DNA of 64,000 bases, from the NCBI GenBank assembly GCA_963809485.1, contig CAWEJX010000007.1, positions 96,001 through 160,000 of the forward strand. The letters are read 5' to 3'. The notes beneath the pieces were generated by a model that was given only the letters and a program-made list of their open reading frames with translations, was not told the origin of the DNA and did no database searches. A program made the position numbers and the translations under genes. Origin of the DNA: an uncultured Acidobacteriota bacterium (GTDB taxonomy: Bacteria > Acidobacteriota > UBA6911). Below are positions 48,938 to 58,816 of this stretch, piece after piece. How positions within the stretch are numbered: position 1 is the first letter of the stretch; every line of letters starts with the position of its first letter.

Positions 48938-50878
48938 CTACAGCTGGCGGGAAGGCTCGCCCTCCAGTCCAAGCCTTTTCAATGTTTCCGGTTTGGGAAT
49001 GCCGTCTTGATCGAGCCCTTTGTGCGCGTAAAACTCGTCCAGCATTTGGACAAACTTATCTTTGTCGATCTTTATTCCCACCACGCCGGGAGCTCCCCGC
49101 AGGCAGGGCTCATCAAAATAGCGATGGCTGAGCGTGTCTCCCTTTCTCGGGTCGTTGCGCGTCAAGCCTTCGCGCAGGTTGAAAAGCCTTTCAATCATGT
49201 TGCATCGCTCGGCTACCTCCCAAATCTGAACCGGCGATAATTCCAGCCCTGTGTTATAAAAAACCACCTTGGCCCAGTCCTCGAAGTTGGGATGCGTCGC
49301 TCCCAGAAACACCGTGTGATATTTGCATATGCCGAGGCAATCGACCGCCATGTAGCAGTTTTCCTGCCAGAAGACCTGCCAGGATTTGCCCTCGTAGGCT
49401 GTGTGCTCCGAGCTCAGCGGTCCATCATAAGGAACCGGGCTCGAATAGATCTTCCTCAGCACAGGCTCCGGCAGGTGATAGAGATCGATGGCCGGCCGGC
49501 TTCTCAGGTGATCGGACCCGCGCGATGCTGTGGCGATATTCAACGCCAGGGCCGGAGTCGCGCGCTCGTCGGAGTGCAGGTTGTTCATCCCCTTGACCTG
49601 GACCAGGTAGTCGAAGGAATTCTTGCCGATTTTTTCGGAAGCCGGGATCCCGCCGTCGGCCAGAGTATCTCCGAGCCAACCCTTCCGGAAACAAATGCGG
49701 TGGATCATCTCGATGAGCGCTTCATCATTGCCGAAGCGCAGATCGAGTCCGCCAGTTTGCTCCTTCGTCAGGATGCCGAGCTCGAACAGCTCCATGGCCC
49801 ACGAGATCATGCTCCCCGTCTCCAGGTTGTCCAGGCCATATTGATTGACAAGATAATTGCCTGTCATGACGGTCTCGGCATTCCGGCAATCCGGCTCCGC
49901 GCCGAATGCGCCCAGAGACGTGTACTCAGGGCCTTCATCGTATTTCCCGGCGTAAGGGCCTGAGGGCAGCTTGTAGCGGGCGCGGCAGTGGACCTGGCAC
50001 GCATAGCAGCTGGCCATGTGGTAGGGGCCCATGGTTGCCGTCGCGATCTCATCCAGGTGCTCCGGCTCGATATCATCGGCATATTCGCACTGGTTATATT
50101 GGAAATTGCGCGAGCGCACACCGCCCCAGGAGTTGGTCGCGCCCCAAATGAAGGGCGTTCCCAAAGTCCCTTGCGTCTGGTTGACTTTGGAGCTCGTGAT
50201 CTGATCGATAAACCTCTTGTTATATTCGAGGGCTTCGACAGGACGGGCGATCTTAATATCCATGGAGCCGCGGGCGGCAACCGCCTTGAGATTCTTGGAA
50301 CCCATAATGCAGCCCATGCCGGTCCTGCCGCCGGAATTTTTGATGCCGGTCCTGACGTTCGCAAACCGCACCAGGTTTTCTCCGGCAGGGCCGATCACAA
50401 GGCTTTTTACTTCAGGATCCGCAAGCTCTTCTTGAATAGCCCATTGGGTTTCGGTTGCGCTTTTGCCCCAGATATTCTTCGCGTCCCGGATCTCGATCTC
50501 GCCATCATGGATAAAAAGGTAAACAGGCTTAGCTGCTTTGCCCCTGATGACCAGGTGGTGGAATCCGGCCCATGCAAGCTCGGGAGCAAAAAAGCCCCCC
50601 ATGTTCGTGGAACCCAGGAAGCCTGTCAGCGCCGATTTGGCCATGACATGCGTACGTGTCGTGGCGGAAGCGCATGTGGCCGTGAGAAGCCCGCCGGAAA
50701 TCAGCAGGACATTATCCGGTCCCAGCGGGTCGACTCCTTGGGTGGTGTGGTTGTAGAGCAGATAGGCATCCAATCCTCGTCCGCCGAGAAATCTCCTGCG
50801 AATTTCCAAAGGGATCGGCTTGACCTGAATATCGCCGGTTGTCAGATCGATATAGGCGATCTTTCGATTGAGTGCCAT
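48938..50878 (-). CDS. Tungsten-dependent aldehyde:ferredoxin oxidoreductase family protein
   Basis: LGGRG, IGPAGENLV, GRTGMG..MGSKNLKA, CYACQVHC, EGPEY, GLD, DCLGIC, ERLFNLREG. Confidence 0.92.
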   Translation of the reverse strand: MALNRKIAYIDLTTGDIQVKPIPLEIRRRFLGGRGLDAYLLYNHTTQGVDPLGPDNVLLISGGLLTATCASATTRTHVMAKSALTGFLGSTNMGGFFAPELAWAGFHHLVIRGKAAKPVYLFIHDGEIEIRDAKNIWGKSATETQWAIQEELADPEVKSLVIGPAGENLVRFANVRTGIKNSGGRTGMGCIMGSKNLKAVAARGSMDIKIARPVEALEYNKRFIDQITSSKVNQTQGTLGTPFIWGATNSWGGVRSRNFQYNQCEYADDIEPEHLDEIATATMGPYHMASCYACQVHCRARYKLPSGPYAGKYDEGPEYTSLGAFGAEPDCRNAETVMTGNYLVNQYGLDNLETGSMISWAMELFELGILTKEQTGGLDLRFGNDEALIEMIHRICFRKGWLGDTLADGGIPASEKIGKNSFDYLVQVKGMNNLHSDERATPALALNIATASRGSDHLRSRPAIDLYHLPEPVLRKIYSSPVPYDGPLSSEHTAYEGKSWQVFWQENCYMAVDCLGICKYHTVFLGATHPNFEDWAKVVFYNTGLELSPVQIWEVAERCNMIERLFNLREGLTRNDPRKGDTLSHRYFDEPCLRGAPGVVGIKIDKDKFVQMLDEFYAHKGLDQDGIPKPETLKRLGLEGEPSRQL

Positions 50879-50879
50879 G

Positions 50880-51137
50880 CTACTTTTCCTCCTCCCGCTT
50901 CTTCAGGGCTTCCTCGGCAAGCTTTCGATTGGCGTCCCATACGGGTCCTCGGATCCTTGGAAAGTCCGGACGAATCCAATGAACGCGAAACTCCATGCCG
51001 CACGCGGGGCACTTCACCTGTGCCTGTCCGGCCTCCGGCTGCAGGCGTCCCATGCAACTTGGGTTGTGGCATCGGAATTGTCCGTAGGTCCTTGTTTTTC
51101 TCAAAGCCTCGGCGGTCGAAACATCCTCATCAGCCAT
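50880..51137 (-). CDS. Small zinc-ribbon protein
   Basis: CHNPSC...CPAC; first gene of the AOR operon. Confidence 0.7.
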   Translation of the reverse strand: MADEDVSTAEALRKTRTYGQFRCHNPSCMGRLQPEAGQAQVKCPACGMEFRVHWIRPDFPRIRGPVWDANRKLAEEALKKREEEK

Positions 51138-51153
51138 GGCTCCCTCTCCGGCA

Positions 51154-51169
51154 GTTCATTATGAAGAAC
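51154..51169. promoter_or_regulatory. Putative IclR operator 1
   Basis: GTTCATTATGAAGAAC (GTTC-N8-GAAC). Confidence 0.5.
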
Positions 51170-51303
51170 AAAATTGAAATCACAATAACATGGCCGATCC
51201 CGGCCATGTCAATAATAAAATAATTTATGGAAATAACTTAATAAATGCAATAATTTGTTGTTGACACAAATCCATATCCTGATTCATATTCTCATTCCAG
51301 ATC

Positions 51304-51319
51304 GTTCTCTATAGAAAAC
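51304..51319. promoter_or_regulatory. Putative IclR operator 2
   Basis: GTTCTCTATAGAAAAC, downstream of TTGACA at 51261. Confidence 0.5.
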
Positions 51320-51339
51320 AATTGCCGGAGCAAGTCCGC

Positions 51340-52113
51340 ATGTACCAGGCGCCGATTGTTACCAAAGCTTTCCGTATCCTTGAGCTTGTCGCCAGGAAGG
51401 ACAAGCTGATGACAATCAGCGATCTCTCCCGGGAATTGGGTATCAATAAAAGCACTGTACACGGGATTGCCCACGCTCTTGAAAAAGCAGGCGCCATCGT
51501 CCGGGACAAAAAGACAAAGCGCTATATGCTCGGCATGGCGCTTTTTGAATTGGCCCGGGCAGGCTACGTTCGAATCGATCTTAAAGATATTGCCAGGCCG
51601 GTCATGGAAGATTTGATGCGATCGACGCAGCAGTCGGTGTTCCTGGGCATCCGCTCCGGCGATCACGTTTCCATCATAGATATCGTCGAGTCGGCGCAGG
51701 ATTTAAAGATCACCTCTCCTGTAGGGACACGGGTGCCTTTGTTGGCGGGAGCCATCGGGAAAGCATTCCTCGCATTAATGGAAGAAGGCCAGGCCGCCTC
51801 ATTGATACGCACTCTGGGCCTGCGCAGGTATACGGAAAATACGATTACGGACCCGAACCTCTATATGAAGAAAGTCGGCGAGGCGCGCGCAGCGGGATAC
51901 GGGCTGGACGATGAAGAATATATTCAGGGGGTCCGGGCCGTTGCTGCGGTCATTCAAAATTCCGGGCCGCGGCCGTCGGCCGTCTGGGTGGTCGGATTCA
52001 GTCCGAGCATGAGTGCGGAAAAGCTGCCGGTGATTGCGCTGGAAACGAAACGCACGGCAGAGGCAATTTCTCAGAAGATCGATCTCCGCTCGTACAACGG
52101 ACAGGAACGATGA
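51340..52113 (+). CDS. IclR family transcriptional regulator
   Basis: KAFRILE...ISDLSRELGINKSTVH, GAIGKAFLA, YTENTITD, GYGLDDEEY..GVRAVA. Confidence 0.92.
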   Translation: MYQAPIVTKAFRILELVARKDKLMTISDLSRELGINKSTVHGIAHALEKAGAIVRDKKTKRYMLGMALFELARAGYVRIDLKDIARPVMEDLMRSTQQSVFLGIRSGDHVSIIDIVESAQDLKITSPVGTRVPLLAGAIGKAFLALMEEGQAASLIRTLGLRRYTENTITDPNLYMKKVGEARAAGYGLDDEEYIQGVRAVAAVIQNSGPRPSAVWVVGFSPSMSAEKLPVIALETKRTAEAISQKIDLRSYNGQER

Positions 52114-52505
52114 TCTATTTCCAGGTAAACAGCAAGTGCAACGGGTGTCTTGCCTGTGTCCGGAACTGTCCGGCCCGGGCGCTTGATGCCAAAGAAGCAG
52201 GAGGCACGCAGACGCTGTTCCATAACATGGCGCTCTGCGCGCGATGCGCCACCTGTTGGAGAATATGCCCCGAGCATGCGATCGAGTTCCAGCACCTGCT
52301 CCAAAACCAATGGGACGAAGTCGTCACACATTACCTTGTGCGATGCAAAGAATGCGGTGAAGTCGTCTACGCGGAGCGCTTGAAGGACAGCCTCGAGCCG
52401 AAAGTCCGCGAACTGGTCGAACCGCTGTGTACCCGCCACAAGCTGGAGCGGCAGGCAAAGGCACTGGCAGGGAGGCAGCGACGGGTCAGCGGGACAGCAT
52501 CATGA
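52110..52505 (+). CDS. 2x[4Fe-4S] ferredoxin-like protein
   Basis: CNGCLACVRNCP, CARCATCWRICP, plus CKEC. Confidence 0.85.
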   Translation: MIYFQVNSKCNGCLACVRNCPARALDAKEAGGTQTLFHNMALCARCATCWRICPEHAIEFQHLLQNQWDEVVTHYLVRCKECGEVVYAERLKDSLEPKVRELVEPLCTRHKLERQAKALAGRQRRVSGTAS

Positions 52506-53197
52506 TCGTAGGAGATTTGAAAGAGATCAGCGAGATTGCATCTTCCATCGCCGGCTACTCGAAGGTGCTGGTTCTCGGATGCGGCGGCTGCGTGACTGTT
52601 TGCAGGTCGGGCGGCGACGCCGAAGCCCAGGATCTGTCGCGCCGGCTTTCCCATCCCGAGCATTACAGGGGTGTGCCTCCCGAGCTTATGGTTGGCACCA
52701 TCGAGAGGCAATGCGAGAATGATCTGATCAAATCCTTCCTCCAGATTCCCGAAGGCACCGACGCGATTTTGTCCCTGGCGTGCGGAGCCGGAGTGCAGAT
52801 TGTCGCCGATGCTTTCGAGCCGTTGCCTGTTCTTCCGGCGCTAACCACCACTTTTATGGGTGGAGCCGATGAACCCGGCGTCTGGCGCGAAAAGTGCCGT
52901 GGATGCGGAGACTGTCTGCTGGCCTGCACGGCGGGCATTTGCCCGATTACGCTTTGTGCGAAGCGCCTGCTGAATGGTCCCTGTGGAGGTTCCCGCGGCG
53001 GATACTGCGAAGTGGGATCGGAAACTCCTTGCGCCTGGGCAAAAATTTACGTGCGGCTCGAAAAGCAAGGCCGGCTGCATCTGCTGGACGAGATCCGAAT
53101 GCCGCGCGACTGGCGCAAAGCCGGCTATCGGACGGCGCGGGAGCGCCGGCGGACCGGCGTGGAATTATTTGGCGGCGGTCCACATACCAATTCCTGA
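52502..53197 (+). CDS. metV: Methylene-THF reductase small subunit MetV
   Basis: GCGGCVTVC, RQCE, ACGAGVQ, CRGCGDC, CAKRLLNGPCGG, CAW. Confidence 0.85.
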   Translation: MIVGDLKEISEIASSIAGYSKVLVLGCGGCVTVCRSGGDAEAQDLSRRLSHPEHYRGVPPELMVGTIERQCENDLIKSFLQIPEGTDAILSLACGAGVQIVADAFEPLPVLPALTTTFMGGADEPGVWREKCRGCGDCLLACTAGICPITLCAKRLLNGPCGGSRGGYCEVGSETPCAWAKIYVRLEKQGRLHLLDEIRMPRDWRKAGYRTARERRRTGVELFGGGPHTNS

Positions 53198-53325
53198 GAA
53201 GATTGACGATTTCATCAAGTGCCGGCTGCAATCCTCGGAAGGTGCGGGAATTGTTTTAGCGTCAGTGATTGCGTTTTGGATCATGGGCAAGACGGATGGG
53301 CTGGAAGACGATGGAGGCGTTGGCG

Positions 53326-53841
53326 ATGGATATTACTCAAGAAAAGATTTCCGCATGGATGGACATGTATTTTGCAGCGGTCCGCGAATGCATCGGCCCT
53401 CTCGAAAAGGTGCCGGAACTCGGAAAACTGTTTACAGAGGATTTTGAGTTCGTCTACTACACGCCGCCGGCAACCGCGGAGTTTACGGGAGGAAGAACTT
53501 CTCGCGAAGGACTTCTCATGCAAATGGTGCATCCCGGTCTCCGCGAGATCATTGAGCCCTGCTATTATGCGATCAACCTGGAAAAACTGATCGTTTGTGT
53601 CCGTTTCAACGACAGGACCGTGGATGAGGCGAGCGGCAAGGACATCGTGCCTCCCTTCCAGGCAAGTGCTCACTACACCCTCGTGCCGGCGGAGGACACG
53701 GGATTCAAGATCAAGCTGCTGGAATATTGGACGGAGAACCAGACTCCCGAGAACATTGCCATCACTCAGGCGGCCTGGTTCAGGAACAGCAAGCCCGCAT
53801 TCGAAAGCATCATCTTTGATTGGCTGAAAGCCAGGTACTAG
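53326..53841 (+). CDS. Hypothetical protein, possible NTF2-like fold
   Basis: RBS GGAGG and the pattern LFTEDFEF...SRE...KIKLLEYW. Confidence 0.55.
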   Translation: MDITQEKISAWMDMYFAAVRECIGPLEKVPELGKLFTEDFEFVYYTPPATAEFTGGRTSREGLLMQMVHPGLREIIEPCYYAINLEKLIVCVRFNDRTVDEASGKDIVPPFQASAHYTLVPAEDTGFKIKLLEYWTENQTPENIAITQAAWFRNSKPAFESIIFDWLKARY

Positions 53842-53856
53842 ACATCGCGTAGCCTC

Positions 53857-54081
53857 TTGAAGACCGGCGTGACCGGCGGCTTTAGCACTTTTATCGGCTT
53901 CTCGACAAAGAAACGCCGCGGCGCGATCGTTCTCGCTAGCTTTCTTTCACGGTCCGGCGGCGGAGGGCCGGTCGATGGGACTGTACTCAATATCGGTATG
54001 GAATTGATCAATCCAGGTTTTAATCTGGGCAATGTTGACGCGCTGTATCGCTGGATCGGCTTACTCATCCGGCAGCGTTGA
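53857..54081 (+). pseudogene. C-terminal remnant of a serine beta-lactamase-like hydrolase
   Basis: KTGVTGGFSTFIGF...RGAIVLAS resembles the KTG/HTG box region. Confidence 0.5.
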
Positions 54082-54190
54082 GCTTGCGGTCGAGGTACGC
54101 TTATGCGTCTGCCATTGCGCAGGGGCTTGAGCTTGATGAAGCTTTACTCCTGTCATCGACCGGCGGCCCGGGGCTGCGCCCAGTCTTACC

Positions 54191-55210
54191 CTACCCCTGT
54201 GCCATGCTGCGCTTCCTTGCGTTTGCCGCCAACTGCCATCCAAAACACAGTAGTTGCAGCACCGTGATGGCGGCAATAACGCAAAAGGCCACATGAATTC
54301 CAAGGTTCAGTGAAACCAATGCGCCGGCGTACCGCGCGCTGTCTGCCGTACTGCGCAACGTGAAGTACGTGTGACCCGGCGCAAACAGCATGATGAACTG
54401 CGGGATCAGCGCCAGGGCCGCAAATACCACCCGGTTGATGCCGGCCGTGTGCGGCCACAGTCCGAGCGCCAGCTCGATGCCGCGCCACACGATCTGAAGA
54501 GCGCTCGTCGCCGCTACCCACCAGTAGAATGTCCAACAGACCGGCGCGATCTCGAACGGGATTTGTTTCAAGTAGGCGGCGCCCGGCCCGAGCAGGAGAT
54601 AGGGATAGATCGGCGCCAGCAGCCAGAAGGCAAGGCCCACAATGCTGAAGGCCAGTCCGGCAATCGCTTGCGCGCGCGTGCGCGGCTTCGGTCCCGAAGG
54701 TCTCCGATCGAGCGGCGGGAGCGAACGTGGAGACCACTCCGGCAGCCCCGGCGGCAGCTTTTTGGAGATACGAACGGCCACAAACTCGGCGACGGCAAAG
54801 CTCAAGGTGATGAATGCTGCGAAGCCCAGCAACTGCCAGGGCAAGCGGCCTGCGGCGCGCAGCGACACGCTGCCGGGATGCTCATTTCCTGCGGCCTGAA
54901 TCACGCTAACCACCACATAGATCACGATGAACCAGAGGGATGCCGTTCTTATCACCAGCCGGTAGATGGGGAAGAGCGCTGGGCCGATCAGATACTGCTG
55001 TGGCTGGTAGCGAGCTGCCATCTGCATGGGAGAACCCAACTGCTTCACCCAGGCTTCGGCTTCCTCCCCGGTCATCGGGCGGCCAAGCGCGGACTCCTTG
55101 TCCTCCAACTGCTCCTCCAAGTTGGCGCGCAACTCGGCCAGAAGGTCGTCCTGCCGCTTCAAGGGCAGGTGCTTGCGTACAGCTTCAAGATAGCGGTCAA
55201 GCAGTTCCAT
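54191..55210 (-). CDS. PadR-associated membrane protein
   Basis: LLDRYLEAVRKHLP...DDLLAELRANL...LGSP..MAARY, followed by TM helices. Confidence 0.8.
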   Translation of the reverse strand: MELLDRYLEAVRKHLPLKRQDDLLAELRANLEEQLEDKESALGRPMTGEEAEAWVKQLGSPMQMAARYQPQQYLIGPALFPIYRLVIRTASLWFIVIYVVVSVIQAAGNEHPGSVSLRAAGRLPWQLLGFAAFITLSFAVAEFVAVRISKKLPPGLPEWSPRSLPPLDRRPSGPKPRTRAQAIAGLAFSIVGLAFWLLAPIYPYLLLGPGAAYLKQIPFEIAPVCWTFYWWVAATSALQIVWRGIELALGLWPHTAGINRVVFAALALIPQFIMLFAPGHTYFTLRSTADSARYAGALVSLNLGIHVAFCVIAAITVLQLLCFGWQLAANARKRSMAQG

Positions 55211-55223
55211 AGCGTGTTCCTTC

Positions 55224-55553
55224 TTACAGAATGTTGTCCATTGAGGCGTTGATCGTTTGCCACTCCTGCAGAAGCCGGGCGAGAATGCCTGAGCCCTCGG
55301 CAGAGAGCTTGTAGAAGCGCTTTTTGCGCTTGTCTTCCTCGCGCCACTCGCTCACCAGCAAGCCCTGAGATTCCAGCCGGCGAAGCAGCGGATAGAGCGT
55401 GCTTTCCTCAATTTCCAGGCCACGCCCTACCAGGGCTTTGCGGAGCGTATATCCGTAATGCTCCCGGCGGAGCTTGGCAAGGACTGCCAATGACAGGCAC
55501 CCGCGGCGGAGCTCAAGTCGAAGATTTTCAAAGAGGTTTTCTTCTACGGTCAT
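55224..55553 (-). CDS. PadR family transcriptional regulator
   Basis: ELRRGCLSLAVL, HYGY, ESTLYPLLRRLE, RFYKLS. Confidence 0.92.
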   Translation of the reverse strand: MTVEENLFENLRLELRRGCLSLAVLAKLRREHYGYTLRKALVGRGLEIEESTLYPLLRRLESQGLLVSEWREEDKRKKRFYKLSAEGSGILARLLQEWQTINASMDNIL

Positions 55554-55565
55554 ACAATGGCCCCC

Positions 55566-55602
55566 ATACTGTATGTAATATACTGTATGTCACATAGTGT
55601 AT
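55566..55602. promoter_or_regulatory. Putative PadR operator
   Basis: ATACTGTATGT at 55566 and 55580, followed by ACATAGT, just upstream of padR. Confidence 0.6.
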
Positions 55603-56003
55603 GGAATCAAGTATTATTTTAGATTTCCTTGCACCAATGAGCCTTTAATAAAGGATTAATAAAAGAAATTCTGGATCCTTTGCCAGCCTGCAGTGCTTCG
55701 AAGCACTCATCGAGGAGATCGGAGAACGTCCTCACACTCCCGGAGACCGTGACTATCTTCGGATGAAGGTTAAAAACTGGCGGAGCAATGGCAGCATGCG
55801 CGTGAACAAAACCGCCAAACACGGCTGCCTGCTTCCTCCGGAGACGCGAGGATGCTGTCGTTTTCCATGATTTTATGCGTTAAAAAAAGAGGGTGATAAA
55901 GGGGGAAAGCAGGGGGGAGATAGGGGGGAGATAGGTTAACTGATGGATGCCTGGGCGGTCAGCTTCAGGGCATTGTTCGCCGACCCCTTAGAATAGATTG
56001 CTT

Positions 56004-56354
56004 TCAGCCCTTGGGCGTGATCTTGCTGGTGTAGGACTGGGCGACAATCTTGCCATTCTGCACGACGAACGTGTCCGTACCCAGGTCGTACACGTTATCG
56101 GGCGTCTCTGCGTGCCACAGGATGTAACCGCAGTCGCCCACAACGGACTGCAGTTTCATGCTGAACGCTGAGCCAGGCTTCTCAAATTCCGCAATCAACG
56201 CCTGGAACATCGGCCTGATTGCGTCGACGCCCCTAAGCGGTCCATTTGCGGTGAACATGACGGCATCGGCTGCATAGTCGGAGAGGACGCCGTTGAGGTC
56301 GCGCTCACTAAAATATTTCAAGTGGCGGTCCAGGATGTCTTTTGTTGCAATCAT
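56004..56354 (-). CDS. SnoaL/NTF2-like protein
   Basis: HLKYFSERDLNGVLSDYAADA...GTDTFVVQNGKIVAQ. Confidence 0.85.
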   Translation of the reverse strand: MIATKDILDRHLKYFSERDLNGVLSDYAADAVMFTANGPLRGVDAIRPMFQALIAEFEKPGSAFSMKLQSVVGDCGYILWHAETPDNVYDLGTDTFVVQNGKIVAQSYTSKITPKG

Positions 56355-56395
56355 TTCTCATTCCTCCTTTGTTGTTTTGTTTCCATTTGCCAGCT

Positions 56396-57793
56396 TCAGA
56401 TATCCGCAGGCACAATGTTTTGATTCACCCGGAATAGGTTGTCGGGATCGTACTTTGCCTTGATTTGACGCAGCCGCCCATAGTTCGCGCCGTACGTTGC
56501 TTCCACCCGCCCCGCGCCTTCTTCCATCATGAAGTTGATGTAGGCGCCAGGCGCCGAAAGCGGGTGCAGCGTATTCCAATATGTTTTTGCCCAGCGGGTG
56601 ATCCTTTCTTTGTTCGCCGGATCTGGGTCGACGCCGATGATCACTTCCGCCCATTTTGTTTTCCTGTAGCTGAAGGCCGTATCGCCCTCGGCCGTGCGGT
56701 GCACCGCTCCGTTGACGGGGTAGAGGTGCATGCTTGAGAGCATAGTCGGCAGCTGCGAGCCGTGGTTCACGTGCAGCGTAATGGCTTCGTCGCTGAGACA
56801 GTCCACGAAGTCGGCTTTCCAGTACCATTGCAGGCCCGGCGGATACAGATTGTCGAACAGGCGCTGCAAAAAGGGGAACGGCATCGGTCCAACGGCTTCC
56901 AGGAGCGGTTTACCCCAGCTCTCGGCCGGCTTGAGGATTTTTCGGGTGCGTTCCTCGTCCGCCAGGGAACACCACACCACGCCACAGACTTTTCGCATGT
57001 GGAGCTCCGCCGGAAACAGGTCCACAGGAGGCACTGTGAGAAAGGCAAAAAAGCCGTTCACTTCTTCCGGCGCGTTCGTGATGAAATCCTCGTACGCTCT
57101 CATCACAGCAGGCGCGTCTTCCAGCGCCCAGAACATCGGCCCGGCAATTACGCTGCCAACCGGGTGCAGCCGGAACTTGAATGAGGTCCCGACGCCAAAG
57201 TTGCCGCCCCCTCCGCGCACTGCCCAAAAAAGGTCCTGGTTTTGCTGATCATTCGCGGTTACGAAGCTCCCGTCGGCAAGCACCATATCCACACTCAGCA
57301 GGTTATCGATCGTCAAGCCCCATTTCCGCGATAAATGCCCGATGCCACCGCCGAGTGTCAGTCCGCCCACCCCGGTAGTGGAAATGATGCCGCTCGGCGC
57401 AGCCAGCCCGAATGCATGTGTGGCATGATCCACATCACCCCACACGCATCCGCCCGAGACCTGCGCGATTTTGGCCTGAGGATCCACCTGCACGCTGCGC
57501 ATGCGCGACAGGTCGATCACCAGGCCGTCGTTGCAGCTCCCAAGGCCCGGCCCGTTGTGACCGCCTCCGCGGACTGCAAGAAGGATTCCCTTTTCGCGCG
57601 CGTAGTTCACGCATGCCATCACGTCGGCCGCATCCACGCAGCGCGCAATCACCGCCGGTTTCTTGTCAATCATTGCGTTGAAGAGCTTCCGCGCCTCGTC
57701 GTAACCGGCATCCCCCCGCTGGATTGTCTCTCCTCGCAGATTTGCTTTTAGAGCGCTAAGGTCTTCCGCGCTTCCCTTCAATTCTGGATTCAT
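56396..57793 (-). CDS. FAD-linked oxidase (VAO/BBE family, 6-hydroxy-D-nicotine oxidase-like)
   Basis: RGGGHN (His for covalent FAD), GLTLGGG, RGGGGNFG, YINF, KYDPDNLF. Confidence 0.92.
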   Translation of the reverse strand: MNPELKGSAEDLSALKANLRGETIQRGDAGYDEARKLFNAMIDKKPAVIARCVDAADVMACVNYAREKGILLAVRGGGHNGPGLGSCNDGLVIDLSRMRSVQVDPQAKIAQVSGGCVWGDVDHATHAFGLAAPSGIISTTGVGGLTLGGGIGHLSRKWGLTIDNLLSVDMVLADGSFVTANDQQNQDLFWAVRGGGGNFGVGTSFKFRLHPVGSVIAGPMFWALEDAPAVMRAYEDFITNAPEEVNGFFAFLTVPPVDLFPAELHMRKVCGVVWCSLADEERTRKILKPAESWGKPLLEAVGPMPFPFLQRLFDNLYPPGLQWYWKADFVDCLSDEAITLHVNHGSQLPTMLSSMHLYPVNGAVHRTAEGDTAFSYRKTKWAEVIIGVDPDPANKERITRWAKTYWNTLHPLSAPGAYINFMMEEGAGRVEATYGANYGRLRQIKAKYDPDNLFRVNQNIVPADI

Positions 57794-57823
57794 AAATTCC
57801 CTCCCTTTCCGTAATTGGCCTAA

Positions 57824-57839
57824 GACAGACAAGTCTGTT
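57824..57839. promoter_or_regulatory. Putative TetR operator upstream of the oxidase
   Basis: GACAGAC-AA-GTCTGTT, matching 58462-58477. Confidence 0.75.
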
Positions 57840-57859
57840 TCAGACCGACGCAAAGAAAA

Positions 57860-58444
57860 TCACCGTAAAATCCGTTTCGCCGCATCGATGGCCTCATAGA
57901 AGGGCTCGGCATCATGGTAGATCTGTGCCATGGCCAAAGCTCCCGCCAGGATCAGCATGAAGTCGTCGGCAGCCTTGTGGGTGTCCCGGCCTTTCCAAGC
58001 GGCGCCGCGCTTTATCTTCAACTCCTGCATAAGCCGCCCGATCAACTGGCGTACATTCCGGTAGTGGCTTTTACATTCCTGCCGCACGGGATTGGCGTGA
58101 TGCGGAATTTCGGACGCCATATTCAAATAGGCGCAGCCGCGGAAGTCCCGCTCCTGGGACCAGGGGATCAGGAACTCGAACAGACCGATCAACTTCTCAT
58201 AGGGTCCCGGGTAGCCTTGGATCCCGTTTTCCATAAGCTTGGTTTCTTCCTTATTCATGATCTTCACGTAGGCAAGAGCCAGGGATTCTTTCGAGGGGAA
58301 ATGGTCATAAAACGTTGCCTTTGCCACGCCCGATTTCTTGATGATCTCGTTGATTCCCGTTGCACGATACCCGTTCCGGTAGAAAAGATCCCGAGCCGTG
58401 TTTAGGATCCGTTTGCGCGCTTCACTGTCCTTTTCCATTGTCAT
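57860..58444 (-). CDS. TetR/AcrR family regulator
   Basis: RILNTARDLFYRNGYRATGINEI..SGVAKATFYDHFPSKE; RGC motif. Confidence 0.92.
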   Translation of the reverse strand: MTMEKDSEARKRILNTARDLFYRNGYRATGINEIIKKSGVAKATFYDHFPSKESLALAYVKIMNKEETKLMENGIQGYPGPYEKLIGLFEFLIPWSQERDFRGCAYLNMASEIPHHANPVRQECKSHYRNVRQLIGRLMQELKIKRGAAWKGRDTHKAADDFMLILAGALAMAQIYHDAEPFYEAIDAAKRILR

Positions 58445-58461
58445 GTCAAAATTGTGAACCA

Positions 58462-58477
58462 GACAGACTGGTCTGTC
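58462..58477. promoter_or_regulatory. Putative TetR autoregulatory operator
   Basis: Perfect inverted repeat GACAGAC-TG-GTCTGTC. Confidence 0.8.
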
Positions 58478-58816
58478 AAGTGGTGCGTATTGCGGCACCG
58501 TGCCGAAAAGAAAACAAGAAGGTCCGGCGACCGTATGGGGCAAGAAACGGAGGATGGCACCGGAAGAAGATTGTCCTTCCGGCTGCCGACGTAAGACACG
58601 ACAGAAGGGCGACCGGACCACCCCGCCCGGTCGACCATCTCCAGCCCATCAAGTGGAAAAGGCGAACCGTCTATATCTGCGTCGACTGGTCGGCGACCAC
58701 GGCATAACCGCGGGCTAACCTTTGGACCTTGCCTTCAGAGCACAGTTGTCTTAAGGCTTCAACGACACGTTGATTGCGCACCTGCAGTTTTGCCCGGAGT
58801 GTTAAGCAAGGATCGA

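Noticed and set aside
48938-50878. Class II benzoyl-CoA reductase BamB
   Set aside because: It retains the AOR-type EGPEY motif, and no bamDEF/Hdr-like genes are adjacent.
55898-55935. G-rich AGGGGGGAGAT duplication as part of the motif family or a G-quadruplex
   Set aside because: No GGACACCC core is adjacent, and it is too short to support a functional claim.
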